Source: Candidatus Nanohaloarchaea archaeon (GTDB lineage Archaea > Nanohalarchaeota > Nanosalinia > Nanosalinales > Nanosalinaceae). Taken from it: a stretch of 64,000 nt of DNA. Where the stretch lies: the NCBI GenBank assembly GCA_013343275.1, contig CP046106.1, forward strand, positions 64,001-128,000. The letters run 5' to 3'. A program made the translations under genes and the position numbers. The notes under the pieces were generated by a model, which worked only from the letters and a program-made list of their open reading frames with translations, made no database searches and was not told the origin of the DNA. Shown here piece after piece: positions 39,803-49,762 of this stretch. How positions within the stretch are numbered: the stretch's first letter is position 1; every line of letters begins with the position of its first letter.

Positions 39803-40666
39803 ATGAAGAGAAAAATAGCAGTACTTCTAACCGCTTTTCTGATAATTTCAACAGGCCTTGCATCCGCATTCTCACTGAGTTCTATATTTGAGCCAACAGG
39901 ACAGGCCGCTGTAATACAGCTTTCTGGCAGTATAACTCCCACGGCTTCAGGTTTCAGCTCAGGGATAACGCCGGAAAAGGTAAGGACTCTGAACGACAAG
40001 GCCCGTCAGAGAAATGTAGATGCAGTTGTGTACGAGATAAACTCTGGCGGCGGTGCGGTAGTGGCCTCGAAGGAGATAATGCGTGCAATAGAATCTATGG
40101 AGGTTCCTACGGTCTGCCGTTTCCGGGATGTAGGGGCTTCTGGAGCATACATGGCAGCTCTCGGCTGCGACAGGGTAGTGGCAGATTCTGCTACTTTAAC
40201 CGGCAGTATCGGTGTTAAAAGCTCTTACCTGCAGTACACAGGCCTGATGGATAAACTGGGTCTGAAATACGTCAATATCACTTCTGGAGAATACAAGGAT
40301 CTTGGTTCTCCGTATCAGAATGCATCTGAAAGGGAGAAACAGATGTTGCAGGCGAAGGCCGATAAAATCCATAGAGAGTTCTACAGAATGGTGGATGAGG
40401 AGAGAAATCTTACTGAGGTCCAGCTTGAAGAAGTGAAGACTGGAGAGCCGTTCCTTGGTTCGAAGGCTAAGGAACTCGGTCTTGTAGATAGGCTTGGAGG
40501 GCGACAGACTGCTTACAGTGTTGCAGAGAATCTTACGGACATGAAGCTCCGTTTTACTAAGATTGAAACTGAGTCAAGCTTCAGCTTTTTCTCCTTGCTA
40601 GGAGCCAGTATTGCGGACAGTTTTCTCAGCTCCGATAGCTCTGCGTTTGAATCTGAGTTCCGCTAG
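39803..40666 (+). CDS. sppA: signal peptide peptidase (S49)
   Basis: INS.GG, ASGAY, TGSIGV, SGEYKD, GLVDRLG. Confidence 0.93.
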   Translation: MKRKIAVLLTAFLIISTGLASAFSLSSIFEPTGQAAVIQLSGSITPTASGFSSGITPEKVRTLNDKARQRNVDAVVYEINSGGGAVVASKEIMRAIESMEVPTVCRFRDVGASGAYMAALGCDRVVADSATLTGSIGVKSSYLQYTGLMDKLGLKYVNITSGEYKDLGSPYQNASEREKQMLQAKADKIHREFYRMVDEERNLTEVQLEEVKTGEPFLGSKAKELGLVDRLGGRQTAYSVAENLTDMKLRFTKIETESSFSFFSLLGASIADSFLSSDSSAFESEFR

Positions 40667-40695
40667 AAACAGAGAAAAGTAAAAAAGAGGGTATG

Positions 40696-41544
40696 TTATT
40701 CAGGTCTCTTAGGGCCTTCAGGCCCTTCTGGCTCCTCTGAGTGGTGCCATAGAACGTCGAACATTGGGCTGAGGGTTTCCTCGGCCATGTGATCGCTCTT
40801 GGACCAGAAAGCTGTTTCCTGAGTGTTGTGGACTTCGTCGTGAGTCATCGACATTGTGAGTGCATCGTCGTCGACAACTGCAAACCTTCCGTTTGGAATA
40901 TCGAACTCGTCCTTGTCCTGTAGATGCCTGACTTCGGCAAACTCTCGCAGGTCCTCGACTACATCGGCGTTCTCCTCTGTGACTGGTGCAAGAACTTTCA
41001 CATTAACACCGTTCTCCCTGGCTTCTTTCAGCAGGTTGTAATGGTTATCTCTTAGATCTTTGAGCCCTTCTTCAGAAGTAAGGATCTTGATACTATCATC
41101 AGCTTCCTGGAACATTGTTCCAACATGCTGATCGATCTGATGCTTGCCTTTAAGCGATCCAGACATCTCTGCAGGTTCTACAAGGTCGAGACCCTGATCG
41201 TAGAGCTCTTCAAGCTCCTCTACAGCTTCTGAATCCTTGAAGCCATCCAGTTTTCCAAGCTTCTCTTCCAGCTCCTGCCTGTGCTGTTTCTTGATATTCT
41301 CTATTGCCTGGTTCGGTGGTATGGCAACGTATTCCATGGGTTTGCTTGACTTTATGACGGCGAAACCTTTCTCGGCCAGAGACTCTAAAACATCATAAGC
41401 ACGTGAACGTGGAACATTAGTCATCTCAGATAGTTCACCGGCCGTAGAAACTCCTCTGCCCAGTAGAGCAGAGTAAATCTTTCGCTCGTACATGTTCAGC
41501 CCTATATCTTCAAGGGCGTCCAGTGTGTCTTGACTTGCGACCAT
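40696..41544 (-). CDS. TrmB-family transcriptional regulator
   Basis: GLN.YE..Y.ALL, VPRSR.YDVL.SL..KG. Confidence 0.92.
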   Translation of the reverse strand: MVASQDTLDALEDIGLNMYERKIYSALLGRGVSTAGELSEMTNVPRSRAYDVLESLAEKGFAVIKSSKPMEYVAIPPNQAIENIKKQHRQELEEKLGKLDGFKDSEAVEELEELYDQGLDLVEPAEMSGSLKGKHQIDQHVGTMFQEADDSIKILTSEEGLKDLRDNHYNLLKEARENGVNVKVLAPVTEENADVVEDLREFAEVRHLQDKDEFDIPNGRFAVVDDDALTMSMTHDEVHNTQETAFWSKSDHMAEETLSPMFDVLWHHSEEPEGPEGPKRPE

Positions 41545-41672
41545 TTGTATTTACACCTAAGTAACGGTTGCTTGAAGGCAGTTATAAACCTTTTCGGCTC
41601 GTTTCCCTGTGTGGTAAATACACAGTCCGATCAGGTTTTATTATGCTCTAGTAATTAAACAGAGCTGAAAGT

Positions 41673-42317
41673 TTATAAAACCTTTCTCAACTTACGTCGT
41701 AGCTTGTCTTTCAGGCCTTTAGCCTTCTTTCCGTAGATCCTCTTCTCCTCCTTCACACCTTTCCACTCGAGGCCTTCGAAAGCACTCTGGATCTGACGAC
41801 CGTAACTATCGTAGTAACATCTCTGGTTCAACCTGAACTTGTGCTCGCTGGTATGAGGGTTGTCGGTATAACCGATGGAAACAGCCATTAAAGGTACTTT
41901 ACTCTCAGGAACCTCGAACTTCTGGGCTACCATCTCCTCATCGAAACCAGATACAAGTATCGAGGCCAGGTCGTTCTCGTTTGCAACCAGCCTCATATTC
42001 TGTACAGAGAAAGCAGCCTCGGCCATACACGCCTTCCGGGCCTCAGAGCTTCCTACTCTCTTCCTCATCCGTGGAATATCGGCGACCACAAGAATAGTTG
42101 TAGGTGCCTTAGTAATCTTCTTATTTCCAGTAGAGTCCTCAAGCTTCTCCAGAGCATCATCGCTCTCAATTACGATGAACTCCAGGCACTGAACGTTTCC
42201 TGGCGAAGGAGCGTATCTGCCGGCCTCAAGTATCTTGCCTACAGTTTTCCGTGGAATGGTCTCATCTCTGCATTTTTCAAAAGTCTTCAGATTCAGGGCA
42301 GACTCGAAGGTAGACAT
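41673..42317 (-). CDS. nitroreductase-family protein
   Basis: ILEAGRYAPSPGN.Q, QNM.L.A, IGY. Confidence 0.88.
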   Translation of the reverse strand: MSTFESALNLKTFEKCRDETIPRKTVGKILEAGRYAPSPGNVQCLEFIVIESDDALEKLEDSTGNKKITKAPTTILVVADIPRMRKRVGSSEARKACMAEAAFSVQNMRLVANENDLASILVSGFDEEMVAQKFEVPESKVPLMAVSIGYTDNPHTSEHKFRLNQRCYYDSYGRQIQSAFEGLEWKGVKEEKRIYGKKAKGLKDKLRRKLRKVL

Positions 42318-42374
42318 TACAATAACAAACTGCGAGAGCATACGGTTTAAACCTTCAGGTGGCAAAATCTAGAT

Positions 42375-44048
42375 GTGAAATACTCAAAACTCGTGGAGAC
42401 ATACCAGCAGCTCGATCAGACACAGGCCACACTGGAGAAGACTGATATCCTGGCCGAGCTATTTGAGGAATCAAGAGACGATCTGGACTACGTCGTGCTC
42501 CTAGCGCTGGGCAGAATCTACCCGGAATGGATGGAACCGGAGATCGGCGTATCCAGCCAGACAATGGTCGACATAATACACCAGGCCACAGGCCGTGGAA
42601 AAGACGAGGTAGAAGAAGTCTGGAAAGAGAAGGGAGATCTCGGATTTGCAGCCGAAGAAATGGTCGAGAACAAGACACAGCAGAAACTGATGACCAAAAC
42701 TCTCACAGTAGAATCTGTTATCGAGAGACTCAGAAAAGTAGCAGAGATGGACAAAGAAGGCCTCAGCCAGTCGGTAAACATGGATAAAAAGAAGAAAGAA
42801 ATCGCCGACCTCATCTCTAACGCAGAACCAGTAGAGGCCTGCTACATTACAAGAACAGTACTCAACCATCTCAGACTTGGAATAGGAGAGGGAACAGTGA
42901 GGGATGCGCTCGATGAAGCCTTCTTCGATGGAGAATATTCGGAGGATATCCAGAGAGCCTACGACTTTACCAATGATTTTTCACGTGTAGCAGAGGCCTG
43001 TCAGAAAGGCCTGGAAGAGGTGAACTCCCTAGATATAGAGCTTTTCAGACCTATCAAATCTATGCTTGCGAAGAAAGTAGATACTATAGAGGAAGGTTTC
43101 GACACTGTTGGAAAACCTGCTGCTATCGACTACAAATATGATGGAATGAGAGCCCAGATACATGTTAAGGATGGAGAGGTCAAGGTCTTCACCCGTCGAC
43201 TGGAGGATGTCACCAAGCAGTTTCCCGACGTCGTCGAGGCCGTCGAAGAGAAAGTTGAATCAGATAACTGTATAATTGACTCCGAAATTGTTGGCTATGA
43301 TCCGGAAGACGGTGGAATGATTCCTTTCCAGAAGCTTTCGAAGAGGATCAAGAGGAAGTACGATATCCAGAAACTGAGAAAGGAGATACCTGTAGAGGTA
43401 AGGCCTTTCGACCTGATCTACGATGAAAAGTCGCTGCTGGAGAGGTCTTACAGCGAGAGATGGTCTCTGCTTCAGGAAGAAGTCGAAGAGGAGGAAAATA
43501 TTCTCAGACTGGTTGACCATGAGGAAACTTCTGAAGAGGAAACTGTGCAGGAGATGCAGCAGAGATCTCTCAGCGAAGGTCACGAAGGAATAATGATGAA
43601 ATCACTGGACGCGGAGTACAAGCCTGGCTCCCGTGTAGGATATATGGTTAAGCTGAAGCCAGTGATGGAAACCCTAGATCTGGCGATTATCGGCGCTAAA
43701 TGGAGTGAAGGCCGCAGAAGCGGGTGGCTTGGACGACTATATCTCGGATGCTACGACGAGGAGAACGACGAATATCTGGAGGTGGGCCGAATGGCGACAG
43801 GCCTTACAGATGAACAGTTCGAAGAGATCACTGAGAAGCTGAAGCCTTTGATCACGAAAGAGGAAGGCCGTAAGGTTGAGGTCAGGCCTGAGGTAATTGT
43901 AGAGGCAGAGTATGAGGAGATTCAGGAAAGCCCTGAGTATTCGTCAGGCTACGCTCTGCGTTTTCCACGCATGAAACAGTTTCGTGAGGATAAGGAAGAG
44001 GCCGACTCACTGGAGAAGGTAAAGAATCTATACAAAGATCAGAAATAG
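42375..44048 (+). CDS. lig: ATP-dependent DNA ligase
   Basis: YKYDG.R.Q.H, EG.M.K, KLK, LRFPR. Confidence 0.97.
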   Translation: MKYSKLVETYQQLDQTQATLEKTDILAELFEESRDDLDYVVLLALGRIYPEWMEPEIGVSSQTMVDIIHQATGRGKDEVEEVWKEKGDLGFAAEEMVENKTQQKLMTKTLTVESVIERLRKVAEMDKEGLSQSVNMDKKKKEIADLISNAEPVEACYITRTVLNHLRLGIGEGTVRDALDEAFFDGEYSEDIQRAYDFTNDFSRVAEACQKGLEEVNSLDIELFRPIKSMLAKKVDTIEEGFDTVGKPAAIDYKYDGMRAQIHVKDGEVKVFTRRLEDVTKQFPDVVEAVEEKVESDNCIIDSEIVGYDPEDGGMIPFQKLSKRIKRKYDIQKLRKEIPVEVRPFDLIYDEKSLLERSYSERWSLLQEEVEEEENILRLVDHEETSEEETVQEMQQRSLSEGHEGIMMKSLDAEYKPGSRVGYMVKLKPVMETLDLAIIGAKWSEGRRSGWLGRLYLGCYDEENDEYLEVGRMATGLTDEQFEEITEKLKPLITKEEGRKVEVRPEVIVEAEYEEIQESPEYSSGYALRFPRMKQFREDKEEADSLEKVKNLYKDQK

Positions 44049-44125
44049 AAAAAGAAGAACTGAAAAGAAATTGGAAGCCATTTCTTGAATGGCTTAACGC
44101 GTGTTGAGCTCCGCGTCAGGAGTCA

Positions 44126-44494
44126 CTATTCGTGTTTCTGGGAGCGGTGGATCTTCATTCCTCTTTCTGTGTCGAATTCTTTGCCGCAGTCAGGGCAGGC
44201 GTGTTTCTCTTCTTCTTCTGTTTCCTGGGTTACCTGTTCCTTGACTTCTTCCTGGACTTCTTCGTTGTTCGCTGGCTGGAACTGTTGCTGAACGCTTCTC
44301 TCGCTTTCGCTTTCCTCTCTTATCATCTTCCATTCGTCGCTCTCTAGCCAGATGATGAAGGCGCCTATAAGTACTAGTAGAGGCCCTATTGCTCCTTTAG
44401 CAAGGTATAGAAGTTTGTCAAGCTGCGTGGCTGTGGAGTATACTCCGACTACCACCATCAATGCTCCGATTAGTATCTTAACAACTGGGTGCAT
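44126..44494 (-). CDS. two-TM protein with a C-terminal C2H2 zinc finger
   Basis: CPDCGKEFDTERGMKIHRSQKH; start MHPVV after an SD. Confidence 0.8.
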   Translation of the reverse strand: MHPVVKILIGALMVVVGVYSTATQLDKLLYLAKGAIGPLLVLIGAFIIWLESDEWKMIREESESERSVQQQFQPANNEEVQEEVKEQVTQETEEEEKHACPDCGKEFDTERGMKIHRSQKHE

Positions 44495-44613
44495 GGTATC
44501 ACACCTGAATGATAACAAGTTGATCTTTTATTTGTTATCTTCCGGGAAACAATGCAGACCCGACAGGGTTTATAATATTTTCCGGCTAAAAATTCGTGTA
44601 CGAGGCACCAAAA

Positions 44614-45189
44614 ATGAGTTACTACAAATACGCCCAGGAGCAGTACGAACAGCCTAAAGAGAACCTGGACGAACTCTGGCAACAGAGACTTGTCGAATGG
44701 AGACAGCAGGATGCAATTGTAAAACTTGACAACCCAACACGAATTCCAAAAGCCCGACAGCTAGGATACAAGGCAAAGAACGGGTTTACACCTGTAAGAG
44801 TCAGAGTCGATAAAGGAGGAAGCAAGAGAGAAAGACCAAGCGGAGGCCGCAAGCCTAAGAACGCTGGTCAGAGCCGATACTCTTCCAAGAAATCCAAGAG
44901 AGTAATCGCAGAGCAGAGGGCCTCGGATCAGTATCCGAACCTTGAAGTTCTGAACAGTTACTGGGTAGCAGAAGACGGAAACCGCAAATGGTACGAGATC
45001 ATCATGGTTGACCCAGAGCATCCAGAGATTGAATCCGATGATGATATCAACTGGATCTGCGACAAGAGAAACAGAGCAGAGAGAGGACTTACACCTGCAG
45101 CCAAGGAAAGCCGAGGACTCAAGAACAAAGGCAAAGGCGCAGAGAAAGTAAGGCCTTCGCAGTCAGCTAACGACAACAAAGGAAAGTAA
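44614..45189 (+). CDS. rpl15e: 50S ribosomal protein L15e
   Basis: PTR..KAR.LGYKAK.G, IAEQRA, NLEVLNSYWV.EDG. Confidence 0.97.
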   Translation: MSYYKYAQEQYEQPKENLDELWQQRLVEWRQQDAIVKLDNPTRIPKARQLGYKAKNGFTPVRVRVDKGGSKRERPSGGRKPKNAGQSRYSSKKSKRVIAEQRASDQYPNLEVLNSYWVAEDGNRKWYEIIMVDPEHPEIESDDDINWICDKRNRAERGLTPAAKESRGLKNKGKGAEKVRPSQSANDNKGK

Positions 45190-45239
45190 AAACGCACATA
45201 TTCTTTTCACATTTCCCTTCCATCTATATTTCTACACCG

Positions 45240-45851
45240 ATGTCACAGTTCCACGAACTCTGCCTGAAAAACAGTTCAGAGAAACTTTGCAGTAAGGCCG
45301 AAGAAATAGGCTGGAACACCACTAACTGCCGTGTAAACACAGTATTCATTCAGGCAGATGGCTGGGGCGAGCTGAAGAGAAAGATCCGAGAGAAAAGAGA
45401 AAACGCTGATATACTTGTATTTGAGGGCGGAGACGAGGAGCTTAACAGGAAGGCCTGTGAAAGCTCCCGGATTGATGTACTTCTGCATCCGGAAAAAGGC
45501 CGGAAAGATTCCGGACTCAATCATATCATGGCTGAGGAAGCAGCAGAGAATAATGTCGCAATCGGGCTTGATTTCGCCCAGCTGGATGACTCGGGAAAGA
45601 AAAGAGTACACGTTCTTTCTCACTGGAGGAGAAACCTCAAACTGTGCGAAAAATACGGTGCACAGTATCTTATTACCACAGGAGCTGAACAGGTACACCA
45701 GTTAAGAGCTCCAAGAGAGCTGAGGGCCTTGATTGATTCTATAGGTTATTCCGGTCAAGAAGCTGTATCTGGTACTCCGGAAAAGATTCTCAGAGAGGTA
45801 GAAAAAGCTAGTTCCGATAAAAATATACGGCCGGGAGTTGAAGAGAAATGA
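45240..45851 (+). CDS. rnp3: RNase P protein Rpp30
   Basis: GG...LNR.A.E...DVL.HP, LRAPREL. Confidence 0.9.
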   Translation: MSQFHELCLKNSSEKLCSKAEEIGWNTTNCRVNTVFIQADGWGELKRKIREKRENADILVFEGGDEELNRKACESSRIDVLLHPEKGRKDSGLNHIMAEEAAENNVAIGLDFAQLDDSGKKRVHVLSHWRRNLKLCEKYGAQYLITTGAEQVHQLRAPRELRALIDSIGYSGQEAVSGTPEKILREVEKASSDKNIRPGVEEK

Positions 45852-46186
45852 AGCATCTGCCGCCAACACTTAGAGAGGATCAGAGGTATCTGAAGTACAG
45901 AGTTCACTCTGAGAAGGATATAGAGTTTTCGGAAGTTGTAGAGGCTATATGGGAGGCTTGCCTCAACTTTATGGGGGAGAAAGGAGCAAGCAACGCTGAT
46001 CCATGGATTATGAAAAATCTCTACAGCTACAGCGATCAGGTAGGTGTGGTAAAAGTTAATTCTCAGTCAGTTACGGATTTCAGAGCAGCTCTTGCTTTTG
46101 TAGATAGTTTTGGCTCTGAGAAAGGCTTTCTGACTGTTGAACAGGTCAGCGGAACCGTTAAATCTCTTGAGGGCGTAGAAAACTAG
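45848..46186 (+). CDS. rnp2: RNase P protein Pop5
   Basis: LPPTLRE..RY, VSGTVK. Confidence 0.92.
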   Translation: MKHLPPTLREDQRYLKYRVHSEKDIEFSEVVEAIWEACLNFMGEKGASNADPWIMKNLYSYSDQVGVVKVNSQSVTDFRAALAFVDSFGSEKGFLTVEQVSGTVKSLEGVEN

Positions 46187-46232
46187 CTCTGGTTTGAAGT
46201 TTTTATGATTTCAGAAAGTCTTTTAAGCGGAC

Positions 46233-46276
46233 TATTTAAAAGGTTTCACTTATAAACGGTATATAAAGTATATAAA
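46233..46276 (+). promoter_or_regulatory. tandem TATA boxes upstream of tbp
   Basis: TATTTAAAA (46233), TTATAAA (46250), TATATAAA (46260), TATATAAA (46269). Confidence 0.65.
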
Positions 46277-46333
46277 CTGGTCTTAAGTTTCCAAATGAGG
46301 CCAGATTTTCCCAATTCCAGGTGAAATCCAAAA

Positions 46334-46882
46334 ATGGTAGAAGACGAAGACATTGAGATTCAAAACGTTGTTGCTTCCGCAACATTCGACCAACGACTGC
46401 CTCTAGACAGAATTGCAATTTATCTAGAAAACACAGAGTACGAGCCAGAGCAGTTCCCAGGCCTAGTATACAGACTTGAAGAGCCTAAGGCCGCAGCACT
46501 GCTTTTCGGTTCAGGAAAGATCGTCTGTACAGGAACTCAGAGTCCAGAACAGGCGAAAGAAGCGACCCACAAGATCATCGACGAACTGCGTGAAGCAGAC
46601 GTCGAGATCGGAAACAAACCAGAGATAACAGTACAGAACATCGTAGCATCCTCAGAGCTAGGAGCTACACTCAACCTCAACAGAATCGCATTCGAACTCG
46701 TAGGAACAGAGTACGAGCCAGAGCAGTTCCCAGGCCTAGTATACAGACTTGAAGAACCACAGGTAGTATTCCTGCTGTTCAGCTCAGGTAACCTGGTATG
46801 CACAGGTGGCCGAACCTACGAAGACGTCAAAGAAGGAATCGCAACACTGGAAGAGAACCTGAAAGAAATTGGAGCACTTTAA
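46334..46882 (+). CDS. tbp: TATA-box-binding protein
   Basis: Two repeats of QN.VAS...EYEPEQFPGLVYRL..P...LLF.SG. Confidence 0.98.
   Translation: MVEDEDIEIQNVVASATFDQRLPLDRIAIYLENTEYEPEQFPGLVYRLEEPKAAALLFGSGKIVCTGTQSPEQAKEATHKIIDELREADVEIGNKPEITVQNIVASSELGATLNLNRIAFELVGTEYEPEQFPGLVYRLEEPQVVFLLFSSGNLVCTGGRTYEDVKEGIATLEENLKEIGAL
46433..46755 (+). repeat. perfect 50-bp direct repeat within tbp (46433-46482 = 46706-46755)
   Basis: ACAGAGTACGAGCCAGAGCAGTTCCCAGGCCTAGTATACAGACTTGAAGA occurs twice. Confidence 0.95.
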
Positions 46883-46927
46883 AGCTCCACCACATATTTT
46901 CTCTTCCAAATTTCTACACGCATAACC

Positions 46928-47371
46928 ATGATAAGCTCTCACCTTGCCGCCGCAGCGATCGCAACCAACGAAGACGGAGAAATCCTGATGGTGCAGGAAG
47001 GAAAAGGCCATGTAGAGGGTACCTGGAACTTCCCTGGCGGAAGCTTTGAACAGGAAGAAGGCCTGAAAGAGACAGCAGCCAGAGAATTCCTTGAGGAAAC
47101 AGGCTACAGGATCAAACCGCAGGAAGTAATAGGAGTATACCTGGAAGAAAGCGTAAGAACAGGCAACACTGTAGCAGTATTCCTGTATGAAGCACAGATA
47201 ATAGAAAGAGAACACAACGGCCTCGACGATGGAGAAATACTTGATACACAGTTCTTCTCACCTCACCAGATCCAGGGCCTCAATCTCAGAAAAGAAAACA
47301 GGTTGAAGATGCTGGAAGACTACCTTGAAGGCCGGAGATTCTCTGATTCAAGAGTAGTAGATACTCGCTAA
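46928..47371 (+). CDS. Nudix hydrolase
   Basis: PGG.FE..E.L..TAAREF.EETG Nudix box. Confidence 0.92.
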   Translation: MISSHLAAAAIATNEDGEILMVQEGKGHVEGTWNFPGGSFEQEEGLKETAAREFLEETGYRIKPQEVIGVYLEESVRTGNTVAVFLYEAQIIEREHNGLDDGEILDTQFFSPHQIQGLNLRKENRLKMLEDYLEGRRFSDSRVVDTR

Positions 47372-47667
47372 TCCCAGTCAATATTCCTGACCTTATCCTC
47401 AATTCTCTCAGCGAGATCGAAATCTCTCTCGGTAAGGCCTTCCACATCGTGACTCCATAGATCGATCTCTACAGCGCCGTACTCCACAGTCACTGAAGGA
47501 TGGTGGAACTCCTCTTCTGCCAGCGAAAAGACCGAGTTAGCGAAGAAAACAGACTTCTTGTAATCATCAAACTCCACACGACAGACCAGCTTCTCAGCCT
47601 CTATACCCCAGATTTCCAGCTCTTCAAGCCTCTCATTAATTTCAGAATCATCAAGTTTATCTGACAT
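47368..47667 (-). CDS. pterin-4a-carbinolamine dehydratase family
   Basis: AE..HHP, WSHD..GLT..D..LA. Confidence 0.9.
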   Translation of the reverse strand: MSDKLDDSEINERLEELEIWGIEAEKLVCRVEFDDYKKSVFFANSVFSLAEEEFHHPSVTVEYGAVEIDLWSHDVEGLTERDFDLAERIEDKVRNIDWD

Positions 47668-47727
47668 GAAAGAGTTTTACTGCCTGACTGCTTTTCACTT
47701 TTATCACTTATCACACAATAACTAACC

Positions 47728-49719
47728 ATGGAGTACGGGGAGGCAGTCAACGAGTTCGAAGAATTCTTCTCGGAGAAATACTACAAAAAAGTTGCTACTG
47801 CCGTACAGGATGGCCAGGACTCCATAGTAGTCGACTTCCAGGACATGGACATCTTCAATTTTGAATTAAGTGACTACCTGCGTGAAAACCCGACTTCAGC
47901 TATAGATGCGGCAGAGGAAGGCCTCGAAGGCCACGACCAGGTAACAGATGAAGGCCTCCACGTCAGATTCGTCAACATGCCGGAAGAAGACTTCGTATTT
48001 CTACGCAACCTTAGATCAGAGCATATCGGCAAGTTCATACCGGTAGAAGGTATGATAAAACGGGCCTCACAGGTAAAGCCTGAAGTAGTATCCGCAATAT
48101 TCGAATGTACTCAGTGTGGGGACCGATACGAAAAAGAACAGGACTCCTCACAGCTGAAATCACCTTACAAATGCGACTGCGGCTCGAGAAAGTTCGAAGT
48201 CGAAGAAAAAGTCATGACAGACACCCAGATAATAACCGTAGAGGAGAATCCTGAGTCCAGGGAAGGTTCGGAACAGCCATCCTCGCTGAAAGTCCGGCTG
48301 GAAGGAGACCTCGTAGACCCTGACTTCCAGAAAAGAGTTGTACCAGGTAATGTAGTAGAGATCACTGGTGTTATGAGAGAGAGGCCTATGAAGAAGAACT
48401 CGAAGAAGTTCGATATCTATATGGAGGCCAACTACCTTGATCCTACAGAACAGGAGTTCGAGGAACTCGAGCTGACAGATGAGGAGATAGAGGAGATTGA
48501 GGCCCTCTCAAATGAAGATGAAATATTCGAGAAGATCGCAAGATCCATCGCGCCATCGATATTCGGCCACCACCAGATCAAGAAGGCCATCGCGCTCCAG
48601 CTGTTCGGAGGAGTGAAGAAAACCCGTGATGACGGTGTGAAATCAAGAGGAGATATCCACGTACTGCTTATCGGAGAACCAGGAACAGGAAAATCCCAGC
48701 TACTGAAGTTCACGGGAGAACTATCGCCAAAAGGCCGATACGTAGTAGGTAAGTCATCTACAGGTGCAGGCCTGACAGCTTCCGTAGTAAAAGAGGAATC
48801 CACAGGAGAGTTCAGCCTTGAGGCCGGTGCAGTCGTCCTTGCAAACAAAGGAATGGCAGCTATCGATGAGATCGACAAGATGGCTGCAGAAGACCGGTCC
48901 AGCTTGCACGAGGCTATGGAGCAACAGCAGATCTCTGTATCCAAGGCCAATATTCAGGCAACACTTAACGCTGAGACATCGATCCTAGCAGCAGGTAACC
49001 CGAAGATGGGACGTTTCGATCCATACGAACCGATACCACAGCAGATTGACATCGGCGATACACTACTCTCGCGTTTCGACTTTATCTTCCCTGTAAAAGA
49101 CCAACCAGATGAGGAGAAGGATACCAAACTATCCCGACAAGTGCTACAGAATCACCTGGACCCAGAGGAGACGGATGCTGAAATACCGCAGGACCTGCTG
49201 ATGAAATATGTGGCTCATGCCAAACAGCTCCGGCCACAGCTCACACAAGAAGCTGCAGATGAGATACAGGATTTCTATGTCAGCATGCGTGCAACCGGAA
49301 GCGGTGAGGAAAACAGCAGCGTACCAATTACTGCAAGGCAGCTGGAGGCGCTTGTAAGAGTAGCGGAGGCCTCTGCAAGAGCAGAACTTAAGGATAAAGT
49401 AGAAGTCAGTGATGCTCAGAGAGCGATCGATATATTGAAGTACTCGCTGGAGCAGATCGGTGTCGACCCGGAGACAGGAGAGTTTGATATCGACAGGATT
49501 GAGTCAGGAGTCTCCAGCAGCCAGAGAAACAGGGTTCAGACTATTAAACACATAATTGATCAGGTTTCAGGTTCCAGCGATTCGGCGCCGATCGAAGACG
49601 TACTTGATGAGGCCGAGGAGGAAGGAATAGGCCGTGACAAAGCGGAAGAAGTTATTGAAAATCTGAAGCGTGACGGCGAGCTTTTCGAGCCGAAACAGGG
49701 CCAGGTCCAGAAGATTTAA
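47728..49719 (+). CDS. mcm: MCM replicative helicase (no intein)
   Basis: C4 Zn finger, GEPGTGKS, IDEIDKM, SRFD, ITARQLE, C-terminal wH. Confidence 0.97.
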   Translation: MEYGEAVNEFEEFFSEKYYKKVATAVQDGQDSIVVDFQDMDIFNFELSDYLRENPTSAIDAAEEGLEGHDQVTDEGLHVRFVNMPEEDFVFLRNLRSEHIGKFIPVEGMIKRASQVKPEVVSAIFECTQCGDRYEKEQDSSQLKSPYKCDCGSRKFEVEEKVMTDTQIITVEENPESREGSEQPSSLKVRLEGDLVDPDFQKRVVPGNVVEITGVMRERPMKKNSKKFDIYMEANYLDPTEQEFEELELTDEEIEEIEALSNEDEIFEKIARSIAPSIFGHHQIKKAIALQLFGGVKKTRDDGVKSRGDIHVLLIGEPGTGKSQLLKFTGELSPKGRYVVGKSSTGAGLTASVVKEESTGEFSLEAGAVVLANKGMAAIDEIDKMAAEDRSSLHEAMEQQQISVSKANIQATLNAETSILAAGNPKMGRFDPYEPIPQQIDIGDTLLSRFDFIFPVKDQPDEEKDTKLSRQVLQNHLDPEETDAEIPQDLLMKYVAHAKQLRPQLTQEAADEIQDFYVSMRATGSGEENSSVPITARQLEALVRVAEASARAELKDKVEVSDAQRAIDILKYSLEQIGVDPETGEFDIDRIESGVSSSQRNRVQTIKHIIDQVSGSSDSAPIEDVLDEAEEEGIGRDKAEEVIENLKRDGELFEPKQGQVQKI

Positions 49720-49762
49720 GGCCTGTGAAACATTCAAAAGATTGAGTTAAAACTGTGATACT

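Noticed and set aside
41546-41622. 9-bp inverted repeat (TGTATTTAC/GTAAATACA) around the trmB promoter
   Set aside because: Arms are about 60 bp apart and one overlaps the SD context; too weak to call an operator.
23493-49719. Inteins in AtpA, TFB, ligase or MCM
   Set aside because: Lengths are normal and there are no splice-junction or LAGLIDADG motifs.
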